In this document: one piece after another, positions 8,863-18,965 of the stretch | Position numbering within the stretch: the stretch's first letter is position 1 | Layout: the number at the start of each line of letters is the position of its first letter | Assembly: GCA_965207885.1 (NCBI GenBank) | Contig: OZ242311.1 | Coordinates: 576,001-640,000, forward strand | Direction of reading: 5' to 3' | Length of the DNA: 64,000 bases | DNA from: Candidatus Latescibacterota bacterium | GTDB taxonomy: Bacteria > Latescibacterota > UBA2968 | The notes under the pieces: model-generated | Database searches by the model: none | What the model saw: the letters and a program-made list of their open reading frames with translations, nothing else | What the model was told of the DNA's origin: nothing | Position numbers and translations under genes: made by a program

Positions 8863-9696
8863 ATGGATAAGACAATTATTTCAGTGGCGGTTGTGGGATC
8901 GGGTCCTACGAAAGATATGAATCCGGCGGTGCCTTATACGCCAAAGGAGATTGCAGAAGCAGCTATCGAGTGCCATAAGGCGGGTGCGGCTATTACGCAT
9001 ATCCATGTGCGCGATCCCGAGACGGGTATTGTGTGTTCGCGGATTGAGCTTTTTAAGGAGGTGGTGGATCGGATTCGGCAAGCTTGTGATATTGCGATTA
9101 ATCTGACGACGAGTGGGGGAAATATTAAAGGGGAAAATATTATTGAAGAACGGCTTGAGCCAGTTACGCTAAAACCCGAGATTTGCTCTCTGGATATCGG
9201 CTCGTTGAATTTTGGCACTCGGGTTTTTATGAATCCACCGGAATGGGGTGTTGCTGCGGCAAAGCGCATGCGCGAGCATCGCGTCAAGCCGGAGATCGAG
9301 GTTTTTGATGCCGGTCATATCCGCCAGGCGCGGTATATGATTGCGGAGGGGTTGTTCGAAGATCCCCCGTTTATTCAGTTGTGTATGGGTCCCGGATGGG
9401 GTATTGAAGCCACACCCGAAAATCTGATTTTTATGAAAAGTCTCTTGCCGCCCGATGTGATCTGGTCCGCTCTGGGTGTGGGCAAAGGGCAGTTGCCGAT
9501 GATTACCATGGCTTTTCTCATGGGAGGGCATATACGGGTGGGTTTTGAAGATAATATTTATTTGCGGAGAGGTGTTTTGCTCAAGAGCAATGCACAGATG
9601 GTCGATCTCGCGGCGAGTATTGTGGAAAAGCTTCAGGGCGAGATTGCCACGCCAAATGATGCCCGAGAAATGCTGGGGCTTACGTATCCGGGGTGA
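8863..9696 (+). CDS. 3-keto-5-aminohexanoate cleavage enzyme family (BKACE/DUF849)
   Basis: PYTPKEIA...[11 protein letters not shown]...HIRVGFEDN. Confidence 0.9.
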   Translation: MDKTIISVAVVGSGPTKDMNPAVPYTPKEIAEAAIECHKAGAAITHIHVRDPETGIVCSRIELFKEVVDRIRQACDIAINLTTSGGNIKGENIIEERLEPVTLKPEICSLDIGSLNFGTRVFMNPPEWGVAAAKRMREHRVKPEIEVFDAGHIRQARYMIAEGLFEDPPFIQLCMGPGWGIEATPENLIFMKSLLPPDVIWSALGVGKGQLPMITMAFLMGGHIRVGFEDNIYLRRGVLLKSNAQMVDLAASIVEKLQGEIATPNDAREMLGLTYPG

Positions 9697-9704
9697 GGAG
9701 TGAG

Positions 9705-10550
9705 ATGGATGTTCTGATGGGTACAACTGAATATGACGTTGATTGGCGCATGCTCAATATGAATGCCGAGTTGGTCGCATCCAGTTTGAGCCTCACGTTG
9801 CGGTCGGGTCTTCACATGCTGCGACCCTACTGGCGATCCAATGTCAATGGCGGCGATGGTGTTGCGCCGATCAATCATATTTTGAAATTTGAAACTTTCG
9901 GGCATCCCTGTTCTCTTCAGACAACACTGCGACAGGAATCGCAGATTCGTCTGGTTACAACGCGCAATGATGACGGAAGTCTCAAACGCGGGCATATCGT
10001 TCTGACATGCGAACTTTTTAAGGCGGATAATCTGGTTGGTCGATCGGAGTTTTGGCTGGCGCTTACGCGGCCGCTTGCACCGCCTGATGAGCGCATGCCT
10101 TCCGATGTGCCGGAGGGGCTTAAATTTTTGAAGGAGTACGAATTGGGTGAAGATGATTTGCTCAGCCGGGATATCGAATCCTATCGCTGCGAGGGCAGTG
10201 GTGAGATGCTGACCTATGACACGCAGCCGGTTGTTTTTCACATGGATCAGTCAGATCAGTATCGGCATATCAACACCGTCAAGTACATGGACCGGGTGCT
10301 CGATCTCCTGTCGCTTCAATATCACAAGATGGGAGGCGATGTCGGGCACTTGCGGTTTCACGAAATTGTGATTTATTTTCGCAAGCCTTTTGTGCCCGGA
10401 CAAGTCGCAGAAGCAGAGCTCGATTTTGTTCAGCACGCGGATAAGTTTCGCGGTGCGGTGCGTTTTTATCACTGCAATGGCGATGGCACGCGCAGTGAGC
10501 GCATTTCTATGGCTATGGAAACGCGGGGTCCTCTGGTGGATGATCTGTAA
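9705..10550 (+). CDS. Hotdog-fold thioesterase-like protein (acyl-ACP thioesterase-like)
   Basis: DQYRHINTVKY motif and a length consistent with a double hotdog. Start uncertain (9693-9717). Confidence 0.55.
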   Translation: MDVLMGTTEYDVDWRMLNMNAELVASSLSLTLRSGLHMLRPYWRSNVNGGDGVAPINHILKFETFGHPCSLQTTLRQESQIRLVTTRNDDGSLKRGHIVLTCELFKADNLVGRSEFWLALTRPLAPPDERMPSDVPEGLKFLKEYELGEDDLLSRDIESYRCEGSGEMLTYDTQPVVFHMDQSDQYRHINTVKYMDRVLDLLSLQYHKMGGDVGHLRFHEIVIYFRKPFVPGQVAEAELDFVQHADKFRGAVRFYHCNGDGTRSERISMAMETRGPLVDDL

Positions 10551-10551
10551 A

Positions 10552-11181
10552 TTATTTGGGGAGGTCTGCGAGATGGGCAATATCGTTGAGTGCCATGAAG
10601 GTGGGTTCGCCTCCGGGGTCGAGTCGAAGGTGATGAATGGAGGCGTCGTGGCACGCGAATTGGGGTTTGTGTTCGTCTTCGGGCGTGTATCCCATGATCG
10701 CTTGCAGGCAGGCGACAATAGGGCGGACGTGTGTGATGCACGCAATTTGCTGGTCGGGCGCTTCGTTGACGAGTTGGCTCACGATGTTGGCAATGCGGGT
10801 GTGCAGGTCGGCATAGGTTTCGCTGCCTGGAACGCGCGCCTCTTCGAGGGATTGTCCTCCCAAAAAGCCGGGATAATATTTTTGGACTTCTTCGCGGGTG
10901 AGTGTGGCCAGGTCGCCGCTTTCGAGTTCGCGCAGGTCATTTTCTACTTCGGGCACGATATGGAGTATATCGCCTATCCATTCGGCTGTTTGATGGGCGC
11001 ATTGTTGGGGGCTGGTGTATAGGCCGCGAATGTCAAAGCCGCTTCTGAGGCGTTCGCCAATGAGCATGGCTTGTTGTTTGCCCCGGTGCGAGAGGGGGAG
11101 GTCGGCCCACCAGCCGTAGTGGTTTTCGCCGTCGCGTTCTCTGGCCTGTCCATGGGAGATTAGAATGAGGTCGGTTGGCAT
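10552..11181 (-). CDS. Histidine phosphatase family protein with a degenerate active site
   Basis: LISHGQ, YTSP...QTA, LRE and ITH motifs. Confidence 0.8.
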   Translation of the reverse strand: MPTDLILISHGQARERDGENHYGWWADLPLSHRGKQQAMLIGERLRSGFDIRGLYTSPQQCAHQTAEWIGDILHIVPEVENDLRELESGDLATLTREEVQKYYPGFLGGQSLEEARVPGSETYADLHTRIANIVSQLVNEAPDQQIACITHVRPIVACLQAIMGYTPEDEHKPQFACHDASIHHLRLDPGGEPTFMALNDIAHLADLPK

Positions 11182-11212
11182 GTGTGTTCCTTACTATTCT
11201 GAGGGGGTGTAT

Positions 11213-11767
11213 ATGAAGTCAATGGTCGCGGTGTTTTTTTTCACAATGGTCGCGTTTTTTGGTCGGGCAGATGCACAGGTGAATGTCAAGATAGGCGGGG
11301 GTGCTCTTCTCGATCCCACGCGCGGGGGCGGGCACCTGTCCATAGAGATTCCCATTGGTGATTTGTATCCGACGTATCTGGCGCCTTTTGTTGAGTTTTA
11401 TCGGAAGGACGGTATTTCAGAAATTCCAGCGGGTGTTAGTCTGGTTTATAAAGCCCCTTTGTCCGATCGCTATGGCACGGTGTTTTTTGGGGTTGCTGGC
11501 GGGGTGTTGCACGCACGGGGTTTTCCCGTGATTGTCGATGTACTGTTTGACGGATCAGTGCTTTACCTCGTAGATACAGAGACCGGAGACTTTGTAAGAG
11601 AAACGTCAACCGAGGCGTTGATTGCCGTAGCAGGTGGTATGCGATTTGATATTTCCGAGGGCATAGGTGCATTTGTACAGGGTCGCTGGTTTCGCGCTTT
11701 TGCGTCCGGATCAACAAATAATTTTGGCATTCAGGCAGGGCTGATGTTCTCTTTGGGTGAGAGATAG
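11213..11767 (+). CDS. Outer-membrane beta-barrel protein
   Basis: Signal peptide ending ADA-Q, alternating beta strands, terminal AGLMFSL. Confidence 0.65.
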   Translation: MKSMVAVFFFTMVAFFGRADAQVNVKIGGGALLDPTRGGGHLSIEIPIGDLYPTYLAPFVEFYRKDGISEIPAGVSLVYKAPLSDRYGTVFFGVAGGVLHARGFPVIVDVLFDGSVLYLVDTETGDFVRETSTEALIAVAGGMRFDISEGIGAFVQGRWFRAFASGSTNNFGIQAGLMFSLGER

Positions 11768-11793
11768 TGGACGAGTCAGGAGTTTATATCCAG

Positions 11794-11824
11794 GCCGGGA
11801 TTTATGTCCCGGCTTTTTTATTTT
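11794..11824 (+). terminator. Intrinsic terminator between convergent genes
   Basis: GCCGGGA-loop-TCCCGGC followed by a T tract. Confidence 0.65.
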
Positions 11825-13320
11825 ACCGATTGATGGCGCAGGAAATCGATCAATAATCGCACGCCAACGCCCGTGGCTCCGATAGGAGTGTCGAGTTTGG
11901 TGGATTTTGTCGATGCCGTGCCGGCGATGTCGAGGTGTGCCCAGGGGAAGTTCTGGACATAGGCTTCGAGGAACGCGGCGGCGGTGAGTGCGCCCGCGGG
12001 CCGACCGCCTGAGTTTTTGAGGTCGGCCACATTGCTTTTGATGCTGTTTCTGTGGTCATCCAGAATGGGAAGATGCCAGGCAATTTCACCGGTGCGATTG
12101 CCCGCTTCGTGGATTTGAGCGATGAGGTCATTGTCGTTGCCCATCAAGCCACTAACTTCGTTGCCGAGTGCGGTGACACATGCACCGGTTAGCGTGGCCA
12201 GGTCAATGACTGCTTTGGGCGCATAGCGCGCGCTGTATGCGATGGCGTCGATGAGGGCGAGGCGGCCTTCGGCATCTGTGCTGTGTATTTCAACGGTTTT
12301 GGTGCCGAGGGGGTGCAAGATGTCGCCGGGCCGATACGCGAGGCCATCGGGCATGTTTTCTGCGGCGGCAACCAGGCCGATGACGCGGTGGGGCAGGTCG
12401 AGTTTTGCCACGGCTCGCATTGCGCCAATGACGGCTGCGGATCCACTCATGTCGAATTTCATGTCCCACATGCCGTCGCCACTTTTGAGGGATATGCCGC
12501 CCGTGTCAAAGGTTATGCCTTTGCCAATGAAGATGATTGGCGCAGCATTGGGATCGGCTCCCGGGTGTTCCAGGATGACAAAACGAGGCGGTCGAGCACT
12601 CCCCTGTCCCACGGCGCTGAGGGCTCCCATACCTTCATTTGAGATGCGCTGTTCGTCAAATATTTCACAGGAGAGTCCCGTTTCACGAGCCATTCCCAAA
12701 GCGCGGTCGGCCAGTGTCGCCGGTGGCAAGTCGTTGCCGGGGGTGTTGCTCAGGTCCCGGGCGAAACACACGCTTTCGGCGATGATTTGTCCGGTGTTCG
12801 CGCCTTTTTCCACATCGATTTGTTTGGATGTGTCAAATTCGACGAGGGTAAATGTGTCGAGACGTTTCGGATCGTCATGATTTGTTTTGTAATTGGTGAA
12901 TTTGTAGTTGCCGAGTATTGCGCCTTCAACAGTGGCTTGTGCGGCGTCTGAGACATCGAGACCGCCTATGCCGCCGCCGTGAATGATGGAGGCGAGGGTT
13001 CTTGCGCCGAGTTTGATGGCTTCTCTGGTCGCAGATGCAGATGCGAGGCGCACGTGATTGGGCGTGAAGGCTTCTCGTTTGCCCAGACCAACGAGAATGA
13101 GGCGCGGCGCGGCCACGCCCTGGCGGGGATAGAGCACGGCGGTTTGGTTGCGTTTGCCGCTGAAATCGCCGCCTGCAATGAGGTCGGCAATAAGCCCGTC
13201 CAGTGCGCGATTGGCTGCGCCTGTTGCGCCGCCCGGTTCTGTGACGCCTTCAAAGAGGTTGAGCACGATGGCGTCTGTTGTACTTTCGAGGATGTTGCCG
13301 ATGGTGGTGGAGATGTTCAT
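11818..13320 (-). CDS. pepA: Leucyl aminopeptidase (M17)
   Basis: GKGITFDTGG, MKFDMSG, STDAEGRL, DLATLTG and WAHLDIAGT. Confidence 0.95.
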   Translation of the reverse strand: MNISTTIGNILESTTDAIVLNLFEGVTEPGGATGAANRALDGLIADLIAGGDFSGKRNQTAVLYPRQGVAAPRLILVGLGKREAFTPNHVRLASASATREAIKLGARTLASIIHGGGIGGLDVSDAAQATVEGAILGNYKFTNYKTNHDDPKRLDTFTLVEFDTSKQIDVEKGANTGQIIAESVCFARDLSNTPGNDLPPATLADRALGMARETGLSCEIFDEQRISNEGMGALSAVGQGSARPPRFVILEHPGADPNAAPIIFIGKGITFDTGGISLKSGDGMWDMKFDMSGSAAVIGAMRAVAKLDLPHRVIGLVAAAENMPDGLAYRPGDILHPLGTKTVEIHSTDAEGRLALIDAIAYSARYAPKAVIDLATLTGACVTALGNEVSGLMGNDNDLIAQIHEAGNRTGEIAWHLPILDDHRNSIKSNVADLKNSGGRPAGALTAAAFLEAYVQNFPWAHLDIAGTASTKSTKLDTPIGATGVGVRLLIDFLRHQSVK

Positions 13321-13334
13321 GGTGAGAATTGGTC

Positions 13335-13955
13335 CTATATGAGAAATGGGTTGATGCGTTTTTCGCGGTCTATGGTTGTGTCTGGCCCGTGCCCGGGGTG
13401 AAGTATCGTGTCGTCGGGGAGGGTGAGGATTTTGGTGTGGATGGAGTCCATGAGCGTTTGCAAGTCTGCGCCTTCGAGGTCGGTCCGACCAATAGAGCCA
13501 GCGAATACCGTGTCGCCAACAATGGCGTGGCCCGGCCATGTGAGGGCGATGTTGCCGGGCGCGTGACCCGGTACATGGAGGATGTTCAGGGTTTCGCGGC
13601 CAAAGACGATGGTGTCGCCTTCATCGATAAAGCGGTCGATTTTGGGCGGTGGATCGGTTTGAAGGCCCAGGGGTGCGACAATGTCTGTAAGCGCCTCGAC
13701 CATGAATACATCGGCTTTGTGGATGGCGAATGGTGCGCCTGTTTTTTCTTTGATCGATGCGACGCGCCCTATGTGGTCAAAATGTCCGTGTGTGGCAATT
13801 ATTTCGACGATCTCGATGTTGTGGTCTTTGATGAGCTGGCGTATAGTGTCGGTATCGTCGCCGGGATCTATTACAATGCCTTCGCGCGTTTTTTCGCAGG
13901 CGAGGATATAACAATTGACTTCAAGCGGACCGACGATGGTGGATATAAAGATCAC
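13335..13955 (-). CDS. MBL-fold metallo-hydrolase (glyoxalase II-like)
   Basis: THGHFDH, PGHAPG, GDTVF and PGHGP; GTG start overlaps the upstream TGA. Confidence 0.9.
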   Translation of the reverse strand: MIFISTIVGPLEVNCYILACEKTREGIVIDPGDDTDTIRQLIKDHNIEIVEIIATHGHFDHIGRVASIKEKTGAPFAIHKADVFMVEALTDIVAPLGLQTDPPPKIDRFIDEGDTIVFGRETLNILHVPGHAPGNIALTWPGHAIVGDTVFAGSIGRTDLEGADLQTLMDSIHTKILTLPDDTILHPGHGPDTTIDREKRINPFLI

Positions 13956-15019
13956 GATAGTTCCTGCGCGATTTTTACTTCTTCGCCCGTTTCCTGGCTG
14001 CGATAGATGCCGTCGAGGATTGCCATGACTTGCAGCGATTGCTCGGCGGGTACGGGTGATGGTTTGCCTTCGGCGATGGCCCGGGCAAATTCGACACATT
14101 CCTGGGCGTGGGGTTCGAGTAGGTCGCGGGTATTTTGCAGGGTGCGGTTGTAGTGTTGTTTTATATCGTTGTTGCTTTGATAGATTTCGCAACTGGGCCA
14201 GTGGCTGCCTCCTCTGGTGCCGTAGAGCCACATTTGCATGTCTTCGCCCTGCGTTTTGTGGTGGAGTAGCCAGCTGACTTCGAGCACGAGGGTTGCTCCA
14301 TTTTCAAAGCGCACAAATGCTGCGGCGAAGTCTTCGACATCGAACTGCGCCGATGGGATGAGACCCCAACTACTGAAGGCGCCTTTCTGGTGGGCGATTT
14401 CTGCACGGGCGACACCGGTGACGGATACGGGTTTGGGGTTGTCCATGAACCAGAGTGTGAGGTCCAGGATGTGAACGCCGATGTCGATGCAGGGACCGCC
14501 GCCGCTGTGTTGTTTTTGTATAAAGCCCGGTGTGTTTGGCGCCCCTGAGCGGCGGAGCATCCAGCTTCGCGCGTGGTAGATGTCTCCGAGTACGCCTGTG
14601 TCGAGTTCGGCTCGCATGGCTTTTGATTTGCCCGAGAAACGAAAATGCTGCGCTGTCATCAGGGTTTTGCCAGATTTGTCGCGTGCGGCAATCATGTTTT
14701 TGATGAGTTCCGGGCTGGGGGCGAGCGGTTTTTCGCAGATGACGTGTTTGCCCGCTTCAAGCGCGGCAATGGCCAATGGGGCGTGATAATTGTTGGGGGT
14801 GCAGATGTCGATGATGTCGATATCGGGGTTTTTGAACAGGTCGTCCGGGTCGGTGGAAAGGATGGCTATGTTGTTGTTTTTGCCCCAATGGTTCAGTACG
14901 TCTGCATTGATATCACTGCCGGCAATCAGGTCGGCATGTTCGGAAGCGGCCCATCCAGGCATGTGGGTGCGCGCGATGCCGCCAACGCCGATGATGCCGA
15001 CTTTGAGTTTGTCTGCCAT
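13952..15019 (-). CDS. Gfo/Idh/MocA oxidoreductase
   Basis: GVGGIA, CEKP and DIGVH motifs. Confidence 0.92.
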   Translation of the reverse strand: MADKLKVGIIGVGGIARTHMPGWAASEHADLIAGSDINADVLNHWGKNNNIAILSTDPDDLFKNPDIDIIDICTPNNYHAPLAIAALEAGKHVICEKPLAPSPELIKNMIAARDKSGKTLMTAQHFRFSGKSKAMRAELDTGVLGDIYHARSWMLRRSGAPNTPGFIQKQHSGGGPCIDIGVHILDLTLWFMDNPKPVSVTGVARAEIAHQKGAFSSWGLIPSAQFDVEDFAAAFVRFENGATLVLEVSWLLHHKTQGEDMQMWLYGTRGGSHWPSCEIYQSNNDIKQHYNRTLQNTRDLLEPHAQECVEFARAIAEGKPSPVPAEQSLQVMAILDGIYRSQETGEEVKIAQELS

Positions 15020-15272
15020 GATGCTCCTTTCAGATTTCAGTTGGAATCTCTTAATGAGGAAAAAAGATAATATCGCAACGCATTGAGGGAAAGTTTTTTT
15101 TGTGAGATTATGATATTTTACCCTTGACAGATATACAAATGTTCACTATATTTATGGCAGATGAAAAAAGGAATATAATATTCTGTAAAAATTGAACTTA
15201 GGAGATTTTTTGTGATTATATAAGACGATTCATGTCGATATATTTCACCTAACTTAAACAGGAGATGTTTCC

Positions 15273-15602
15273 ATGAGACGCATTGTTCCCATGTTGGGTA
15301 TCGGTTCACAATCAAAGAAGGTACAACGAGCTACCTCCCGGTCCCGTTTCATCCCCCAGTTTCGTCGGGAAGTCTGCGAGGTGATCAATCGCATTCGCGC
15401 CGCTTATGGTCCCATTCCCATGAAGACTGTGGCCGATCAGCCCGAGGTGAAGGCCGCAGAAGCGACGATTGAACAGGCCGCGCGATTGGTGTACAGCGGA
15501 CTTGAAAATGTCGAGGTATGGCGAGGTGCGCTGGTGGTCTATGAGTTGACATGGATGTCTGCACTGAAAAAGGTGCGTCCGTCGGATAAGTCAGCTGCTT
15601 AA
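15273..15602 (+). CDS. Hypothetical protein
   Basis: AGGAG RBS, isolated ORF, followed by a terminator. Confidence 0.7.
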   Translation: MRRIVPMLGIGSQSKKVQRATSRSRFIPQFRREVCEVINRIRAAYGPIPMKTVADQPEVKAAEATIEQAARLVYSGLENVEVWRGALVVYELTWMSALKKVRPSDKSAA

Positions 15603-15619
15603 GTACATTTTTTAACTCA

Positions 15620-15657
15620 AAAAGGCCGAGATTCGCAGAGAATCTCGGCCTTTTTTT
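15620..15657. terminator. Bidirectional intrinsic terminator
   Basis: AAAAGGCCGAGATTC-loop-GAATCTCGGCCTTTT. Confidence 0.8.
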
Positions 15658-15754
15658 GTCATTGACTGGATTGGACAATTTCAGGAACTTTTGACGCCTT
15701 GCGATAGTTTGTCAGATGTTGGATGGTTTGACACAAATAACGGAGAGACGGCGT

Positions 15755-17158
15755 ATGCAAAGATGGATGTGGATACTGATTGCGGGATTTATGGTTTTGC
15801 AGGTTGAGGCAAAGATTGATCCTGAGCATCAGGTGACGATTGCGCAAATGGAAAAGTTCAGCGAGGCTTTTGCAGCGGTGGCTTCCGAGGTCAATCCGGG
15901 TGTGGTGACTATTGTAAATAAAAAGGATATGGTCGTGGGGGTGAGAAGTTCGACGGGCGATCCGTTTTTTGATCGTTTTTTTGGTGGCCGAATGACGTAT
16001 CGCAGAGAGTGGCGGCAGCAGGGTTTGGGGTCGGGGGTTATTGTTTCTGGAGATGGCTATATTTTGACCAATAATCACCTTATTGCAGAGGCCGATTCTA
16101 TTGAAGTAGAACTCGACGATGGCAGAAAGTTTGGCGCAATGCTGGTGGGAACAGATCCGCAGAGCGATGTCGCGGTGTTGAAAATCGATGGGCGCGATTT
16201 GCCCGCGCTGAAGATGGGCGATTCGGATAAGTTGAAGGTCGGTGCCTGGGTGCTGGCGATTGGCAATCCGTATGGTTTGCGGCATACGGTGACGTACGGT
16301 ATTGTGAGCGCGACGGGGCGGGGCAATTTAGATATTGTGGATTACGAAGATTTTATTCAAACAGATGCGGCGATTAATCCGGGCAATAGCGGTGGGGCAA
16401 TGGTGAATTTGCGCGGGGATCTGGTGGGTCTGAATACGGCGATTTTGTCGCGCAGCGGTGGCAGTCAGGGCATTGGGTTGGCTGTGCCCATTAATATGGC
16501 GCGCAATATTATGCAGCAGATTATTGAAGATGGAGAGGTAAAACGCGGGTATCTGGATGTGGTGGTTCAGGATCTGACGCCGGGGCTTTCCGAAGCACTG
16601 GGATTATCTGTGAATCGGGGTGCGCTGATTCAGGAGGTGGGGGAATTTGCCGAGCAAACGGACTTACAACCCGGCGATGTGATTGTGGGGTTAAATGACC
16701 GAGAGATTTCCAATGCAGATGAGTTTCTCACGCGTATTGCGCGAACCCCTCCAGGCGCACAGGTGATAATTGAGGTGATCCGAAGTGAGGGAAATAAAAA
16801 GTTGCGCGTAACGGTGGATGCGTTTGATCCCTTTCGCGGTCTGCAAGAGGTGGAGCGACAACGCGCCCTGGGGCTGAATGTTCAGGAGATGACGCCCGCT
16901 ATTGCCCGTCAGTTTGGTTATGGTGCACAATGGGGCATGCTCATCACCGATGTGAGAGGAGAAAGTGCGGCTGAAGCGGCGGGTTTGCGACGGGGAGATG
17001 TGATTCGCGAGATGAATCGCAGGCCCATGCGTTCGATGGAAGATTACGAAGATGTATTGGCGGAGTTGAAACCCGGTGACGAAGTCGGCATAATCATTCG
17101 CAGAGAGACCCGCCGGCACTATGCCAATTTTTACGCCGTGCTCAAGGTGCCGAAGTAG
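15755..17158 (+). CDS. DegP/DegQ (HtrA) serine protease with two PDZ domains
   Basis: TNNH, DVAVLK and QTDAAINPGNSGG; signal peptide. Confidence 0.95.
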   Translation: MQRWMWILIAGFMVLQVEAKIDPEHQVTIAQMEKFSEAFAAVASEVNPGVVTIVNKKDMVVGVRSSTGDPFFDRFFGGRMTYRREWRQQGLGSGVIVSGDGYILTNNHLIAEADSIEVELDDGRKFGAMLVGTDPQSDVAVLKIDGRDLPALKMGDSDKLKVGAWVLAIGNPYGLRHTVTYGIVSATGRGNLDIVDYEDFIQTDAAINPGNSGGAMVNLRGDLVGLNTAILSRSGGSQGIGLAVPINMARNIMQQIIEDGEVKRGYLDVVVQDLTPGLSEALGLSVNRGALIQEVGEFAEQTDLQPGDVIVGLNDREISNADEFLTRIARTPPGAQVIIEVIRSEGNKKLRVTVDAFDPFRGLQEVERQRALGLNVQEMTPAIARQFGYGAQWGMLITDVRGESAAEAAGLRRGDVIREMNRRPMRSMEDYEDVLAELKPGDEVGIIIRRETRRHYANFYAVLKVPK

Positions 17159-17159
17159 A

Positions 17160-17264
17160 AGTGTGATCCGCAGATGACGCAGATGAACGCAGATAAAAAG
17201 TAAGATACAAGAAGTGTGAAGTGATAGTACTCGTCATCGCGGCATGGTGTTGAGCCGCGATCCA
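17160..17264 (+). repeat. CGCAGAT-unit element (38 bp, identical to 24213-24250) plus palindrome copy 3 (17233-17264)
   Basis: AGTGTGATCCGCAGATGACGCAGATGAACGCAGATAAA occurs at both positions. Confidence 0.8.
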
Positions 17265-17274
17265 GTGGTTTTAT

Positions 17275-18684
17275 TTAATCCACGTCTTTTACATACCGCT
17301 CGTCTTCTACCTTTTCCTGAAGGCGGTAGAGTTCGTCTTTGAGTTCGCGCACGATATCGGCGTATTCGGGATTGTCGTACACGCTGTTGAGTTCATAAGG
17401 GTCTTTTTCGAGGTCGAAGAGTTCCCATTCGGGTTCTTTGGTGTCTTCGATTGATCCTTTTTGATTGAGGCCGTCGGCGTAGTAATAGATGAGTTTGTAC
17501 TGGTGGGTTCGCACGCCGTAATGGGCGTAAACATGGTGGTGCGTCAGGTGCATCCAGTAGCGGTAATACATCGATGTTTGCCAGTCTTCAGGTGTTTCGC
17601 CGTTGAGCAAGGGGCGCATGCTCGATCCCTGGAAGGTTTCGGGGATGTCAATGCCCGCGTAGTCGAGAAAGGTGGGGGCAAAGTCGGTGTTGAGGATCAT
17701 GTCGGTGTTGATACTGCCGGGTTTGATTTCTTTGGGATAGCGAATGATGAAGGGCATGCGCAGGGATTCTTCGTACATAAAACGCTTGTCATACCAGCCG
17801 TGATCGCCCAGGAAAAAGCCCTGGTCAGATGTGTAAATGACTATGGTGTTGTCGGTGAGGCCTTCTGTGTCGAGATAGTCGAGCATGCGTCCGACATTGT
17901 CGTCGATGGAGGCCACACAGCGCAGGTAGTCTTTGATGTAGCGCTGGTATTTCCATTTTTTGTCTTCTTCAGGTGAGAGGCCTTCAGGGGGTAATCCCTT
18001 GAGGTCATTTTTGTTCATGTCGCGGTCAACGCGCATTTGGGCGGCTTCGGCAGCACTGGCGCGGTTGCTGTAGTCGTCCCAGAAGGTTTCGGGTTCGGGT
18101 ATGTCTTCGTTTTCATACATGTGGGCGTGTTTTTCGTCGGGTTCCCAGGCGCGGTGGGGTGCTTTGTGGTGGTACATGAGCATGAAGGGGCGATTTGTGT
18201 CCCGCGCTTTGAGCCAGTCGAGGCATAAGTCTGTGATGATGTCGGTGACATAGCCTTGATAGACTTTTTCTTCGCCCATTTCTATCATTTCGGGGTTGTG
18301 ATATAATCCCTGCCCGGGCAGGACATTCCAGTAGTCAAAGCCGGTGGGGTCGTGGATGCCGCCGTGACCGAGATGCCATTTGCCGATCATGGCGGTTTGA
18401 TATCCCGCCTGTTGGAATAATTTGGGAAATGTGAGTTGCCTGCCGTCGAGATGGGTCGCCAGCGTGGTTACGCCGTTGATGTGGTTGTATGTGCCGGTGA
18501 GGATTACGGCCCGGCTGGGGGCGCAGATTGAGTTGGTGCAAAAGCAGTTGTCAAAGCGCATGCCTCCATTTGCTATGCGGTCGAGGTTGGGGGTCTGGTT
18601 GATGCGGCTGTTGTAGCAACTCATGGCATGCGAGGCGTGATCGTCGGACATGATAAAGAGGATGTTGGGACGGTCTGTAGGCAA
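17275..18684 (-). CDS. Sulfatase (formylglycine-dependent)
   Basis: [19 protein letters not shown] and SDQG. Confidence 0.95.
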   Translation of the reverse strand: MPTDRPNILFIMSDDHASHAMSCYNSRINQTPNLDRIANGGMRFDNCFCTNSICAPSRAVILTGTYNHINGVTTLATHLDGRQLTFPKLFQQAGYQTAMIGKWHLGHGGIHDPTGFDYWNVLPGQGLYHNPEMIEMGEEKVYQGYVTDIITDLCLDWLKARDTNRPFMLMYHHKAPHRAWEPDEKHAHMYENEDIPEPETFWDDYSNRASAAEAAQMRVDRDMNKNDLKGLPPEGLSPEEDKKWKYQRYIKDYLRCVASIDDNVGRMLDYLDTEGLTDNTIVIYTSDQGFFLGDHGWYDKRFMYEESLRMPFIIRYPKEIKPGSINTDMILNTDFAPTFLDYAGIDIPETFQGSSMRPLLNGETPEDWQTSMYYRYWMHLTHHHVYAHYGVRTHQYKLIYYYADGLNQKGSIEDTKEPEWELFDLEKDPYELNSVYDNPEYADIVRELKDELYRLQEKVEDERYVKDVD

Positions 18685-18769
18685 GAGAGGCTCCTTTTGG
18701 AACGGTGAGCAACTGGTCGAAGTCCAAGTTTACGGTGAAGTGAAAGAAGGTGAGACGCGAAAGGCACTC

Positions 18770-18827
18770 GTCATCGCGGCATGGTCCCGTATAGAATCAC
18801 TACGGGACATGCTTTAGCCGCGATCCA
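18770..18827 (+). repeat. Palindrome copy 4 with a nested hairpin insert
   Basis: GTCCCGTA-TAGAATCAC-TACGGGAC inserted in the loop, with CATG on both sides. Confidence 0.8.
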
Positions 18828-18965
18828 GCCCGCATAAAATATGACATTGCATGCGGGATATCAAGTGGGACGAATGGCGGGCACAGGCGTTTATTCTTTG
18901 TGGGGGGTGCAATGATTGGTATTATATATGGATGTTGCGATGTGAACTATGAAGGAGTGAAGTAA

